Positions 46,505-48,720 of a stretch of DNA of 48,720 nt are shown piece after piece; position 1 is the first letter of the stretch; each line of letters begins with the position of its first letter. Source of the stretch: Serpentinimonas sp. (lineage in GTDB: Bacteria > Pseudomonadota > Gammaproteobacteria > Burkholderiales > Burkholderiaceae_C); assembly GCA_025458665.1 (NCBI GenBank), contig JALOSG010000001.1, forward strand, positions 1 through 48,720, read 5' to 3'. Under the pieces are notes generated by a model. The model was given only the letters and a program-made list of their open reading frames with translations. It searched no databases and was not told the DNA's origin. The translations under genes were made by a program, and so were the position numbers.

Positions 46505-47725
46505 ATGAACGCCGCCATCAACGCACACGTTGCGCCCGCCAGCCCACACATCATGCCCACCTATGGGCGCCTGCCCATTGCGCTGTCGCATGGCCGTGGC
46601 TGCCGTGTGTGGGACACCACGGGCAAGGAATACCTGGACGCGCTGGCCGGCATTGCCGTGAACACGCTGGGCCACGCCCACCCCAAGCTGGTGGCCGCCC
46701 TGCAGGACCAGGTGGGCAAGCTCATACACACCAGCAACTACTACCACACGCCCAACGCCGAACTGCTGGCCGAGCGGCTGGTGGCCTTGTCGGGCATGAC
46801 CAATGTGTTTTTCTGCTCCACCGGGCTGGAAGCCAACGAAGCCGCGCTGAAGCTGGCGCGCAAGTTTGGCCACGACAAGGGCATTGAGCGCCCCGAGGTG
46901 GTGGTGTACGAAAAAGCCTTCCATGGCCGTTCCATTGCCACCCTGAGCGCCACCGGCAACCCCAAGGTGCAGGCCGGCTTTGGCCCGCTGGTGGAAGGCT
47001 TCATTCGCGTGCCCGCCAACGATGTGGCCGCCTTGCGCCGCGCCACCGAAGGCAACCCCAATGTGGTGGCCGTGTTCTTTGAAGCCATTCAGGGCGAAGG
47101 CGGCGTGAACCCCATGACGCCCGAATACCTGCAGCAGGTGCGCGCCCTGTGCGATGAGCGCGACTGGCTGTTGATGATTGACGAGGTGCAATGCGGCATG
47201 GGCCGCACCGGCAAGTGGTTTGCCCACCAGTGGGCCGGCATAGTCCCCGATGTCATGCCCCTGGCCAAGGGCCTGGGTTCTGGCGTGCCCATAGGCGCGG
47301 TGGTGGCCGGCCCCAAGGCGGCGCACATCTTCCAGGCGGGCAACCACGGCACCACGTTCGGCGGCAACCCGCTGTCTGTGCGCGCCGGGGTGGAAACCAT
47401 ACGCATCATGGAAGAAGAAGGCCTGCTGGCCAACGCCGCCCGCGTGGGCGCTTACCTGCAGGCAGCACTGCAGCGGGAGTTGGGCGGCCTGGAGGGCGTG
47501 AAAGACATACGCGGCCGTGGCCTCATGCTGGGCGTGGAACTCACCCGCCCCTGTGGCGTGCTGGTGAACCAGTGCGCCGAAGCGGGCCTGCTCATCAGTG
47601 TCACGGCCGACAGCGTGATTCGCCTGGTGCCGCCGCTCATCCTGACCGAAGCCGAAGCCGACGAGATTGTGGCCAAACTGGCTCCCCTGGTGAAGCAGTT
47701 CCTGCAGCAAACCGCTGCGGCCTGA
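46505..47725 (+). CDS. argD: Acetylornithine (/succinylornithine) aminotransferase, class III PLP enzyme
   Basis: ORF 46472(TTG)..47725 trimmed to ATG 46505 (RBS AAGGA). Contains IMPTYGRLPIALSHGRGCRVWDTTGKEYLD, AFHGRS, IDEVQCGMGRTGK and GTTFGGNPL. Confidence 0.9.
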   Translation: MNAAINAHVAPASPHIMPTYGRLPIALSHGRGCRVWDTTGKEYLDALAGIAVNTLGHAHPKLVAALQDQVGKLIHTSNYYHTPNAELLAERLVALSGMTNVFFCSTGLEANEAALKLARKFGHDKGIERPEVVVYEKAFHGRSIATLSATGNPKVQAGFGPLVEGFIRVPANDVAALRRATEGNPNVVAVFFEAIQGEGGVNPMTPEYLQQVRALCDERDWLLMIDEVQCGMGRTGKWFAHQWAGIVPDVMPLAKGLGSGVPIGAVVAGPKAAHIFQAGNHGTTFGGNPLSVRAGVETIRIMEEEGLLANAARVGAYLQAALQRELGGLEGVKDIRGRGLMLGVELTRPCGVLVNQCAEAGLLISVTADSVIRLVPPLILTEAEADEIVAKLAPLVKQFLQQTAAA

Positions 47726-47756
47726 AACATCCCTGCTCTGCCTAGCACCGCTCCGT

Positions 47757-48716
47757 ATGAAACACTACCTGCAATTCAGCGACCTCACCGCCAGCGATTA
47801 CCACCACCTCTTCGAGCGGGCGGCCGTCATCAAGCACCGCTTCAAGAGCTATGTGCGCTACCAGCCGCTGGCCGACCGCACGCTGGCCATGATCTTCGAG
47901 AAAGCCAGCACCCGCACCCGCGTGAGCTTCGAGGCCGGCATGTACCAGATGGGCGGCTCCGTGGTGCACCTGACCACCGGAGACAGCCAGCTGGGCCGCT
48001 CCGAACCCATCGAGGACAGCGCCAAGGTCATCAGCCGCATGGTGGATTTGGTGATGATCCGCACGTTCGAGCAGACCAAGATAGAGCGTTTTGCGGCGCA
48101 TTCGCGCGTGCCCGTCATCAACGGGCTGACCAACGAATTCCACCCCTGCCAGATTCTGGCCGACCTGTTCACCTGGCTGGAGCACCGTGGCTGCGTGGCG
48201 CCCGCCAGCGGCGAAACCCCGCCCAAGCTGGACCCGAACGCCCTGCGCGGCAAGGTGGTGGCCTGGGTGGGCGACGGCAACAACATGGCCAACACCTGGC
48301 TGCAGGCCGCCGACATTCTGGGCTTCACCGTGCACGTGAGCACCCCCAGCGGCTACGAGGTGGATGCCGCCGTGGCCGGCGTGCGCAGCAACTGCTGGAA
48401 AGTCTTCAAAGACCCGATGGAAGCCTGCCGGGGCGCCCACCTGGTGACCACCGACGTGTGGACCAGCATGGGCTATGAGGCCGAGAACGAGGCCCGCATG
48501 AAGGCCTTTGCCGCCTGGTGCGTGAGCCCCGAGATGATGGCCGTGGCCCAGCCCGATGCGCTGTTCATGCACTGCCTGCCCGCACACCGGGGCGAAGAAG
48601 TGAGCGCCGAGGTGATAGACGGCCCGCAGTCGGTGGTGTGGGACGAGGCCGAGAACCGCATGCACGTGCAGAAGGCGCTCATGGAGTACCTGCTGCTGGG
48701 GCGCGTTAGCCAGTAA
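47757..48716 (+). CDS. argF: Ornithine carbamoyltransferase
   Basis: ORF 47757..48716(+). Contains the carbamoyl-phosphate site FEKASTRTRVSFE, HPCQILADL, DVWTSMG and the ornithine site HCLPAHRGEE. Confidence 0.93.
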   Translation: MKHYLQFSDLTASDYHHLFERAAVIKHRFKSYVRYQPLADRTLAMIFEKASTRTRVSFEAGMYQMGGSVVHLTTGDSQLGRSEPIEDSAKVISRMVDLVMIRTFEQTKIERFAAHSRVPVINGLTNEFHPCQILADLFTWLEHRGCVAPASGETPPKLDPNALRGKVVAWVGDGNNMANTWLQAADILGFTVHVSTPSGYEVDAAVAGVRSNCWKVFKDPMEACRGAHLVTTDVWTSMGYEAENEARMKAFAAWCVSPEMMAVAQPDALFMHCLPAHRGEEVSAEVIDGPQSVVWDEAENRMHVQKALMEYLLLGRVSQ

Positions 48717-48720
48717 GCTG

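Overview
The window is visibly GC-rich (roughly two-thirds G+C by eye). Gene content and order fit a betaproteobacterial, Burkholderiales/Comamonadaceae-like chromosome; that taxonomic call is an inference from protein signatures only. I call 47 protein genes or gene fragments and 2 tRNAs.

Layout:
- 1-5.3 kb: a peptide/opine-type ABC importer (two ATPases, two permeases, a family-5 binding protein).
- 5.3-26 kb: housekeeping genes. These are tRNA(CAU), a MAPEG protein, hrcA, nadK-recN-rapZ, mutY, a dynamin-like GTPase, mutM, a TPR protein, lolB-ispE, tRNA-Gln, prs, rplY, pth, a YfhL-type ferredoxin, coaD, rsmD, two M16 peptidases and ftsY.
- 26.2-41.7 kb: a chemolithoautotrophy cluster. It holds flavocytochrome c sulfide dehydrogenase (fccAB), a cbbY-cbbF-cbbP-cbbZ operon ending in a DUF3422-type membrane protein, cbbR copy 1, an SGNH lipoprotein, an FGE-fold protein, and cbbL-cbbS-cbbQ-cbbO (green-type form IA RuBisCO with its AAA+/VWA activase pair) under a second divergent cbbR.
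- 41.7-48.7 kb: apaH, rhlE, rpsT, a small accessory islet (HTH protein, orphan VapB-like antitoxin with a decayed vapC stub), then DUF3579, argD and argF.

I found no CRISPR array, rRNA, transposase or integrase.

Most interesting observations:
1. The uncharacterised DUF3422 membrane protein is translationally coupled to the distal end of a Calvin-cycle operon and has a CorA-like architecture.
2. A single dynamin-like GTPase sits between the two 8-oxoG repair glycosylase genes and is coupled to mutY.
3. An A8+(CGACAA)6 microsatellite forms the cbbL leader immediately upstream of its RBS.
4. A ~57-bp terminator-containing direct repeat brackets a one-gene islet next to a decayed vapBC module.

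All functional calls rest on motif recognition in the translations. No database search was possible, and the many long antisense ORFs in the track are treated as GC-driven shadow ORFs.
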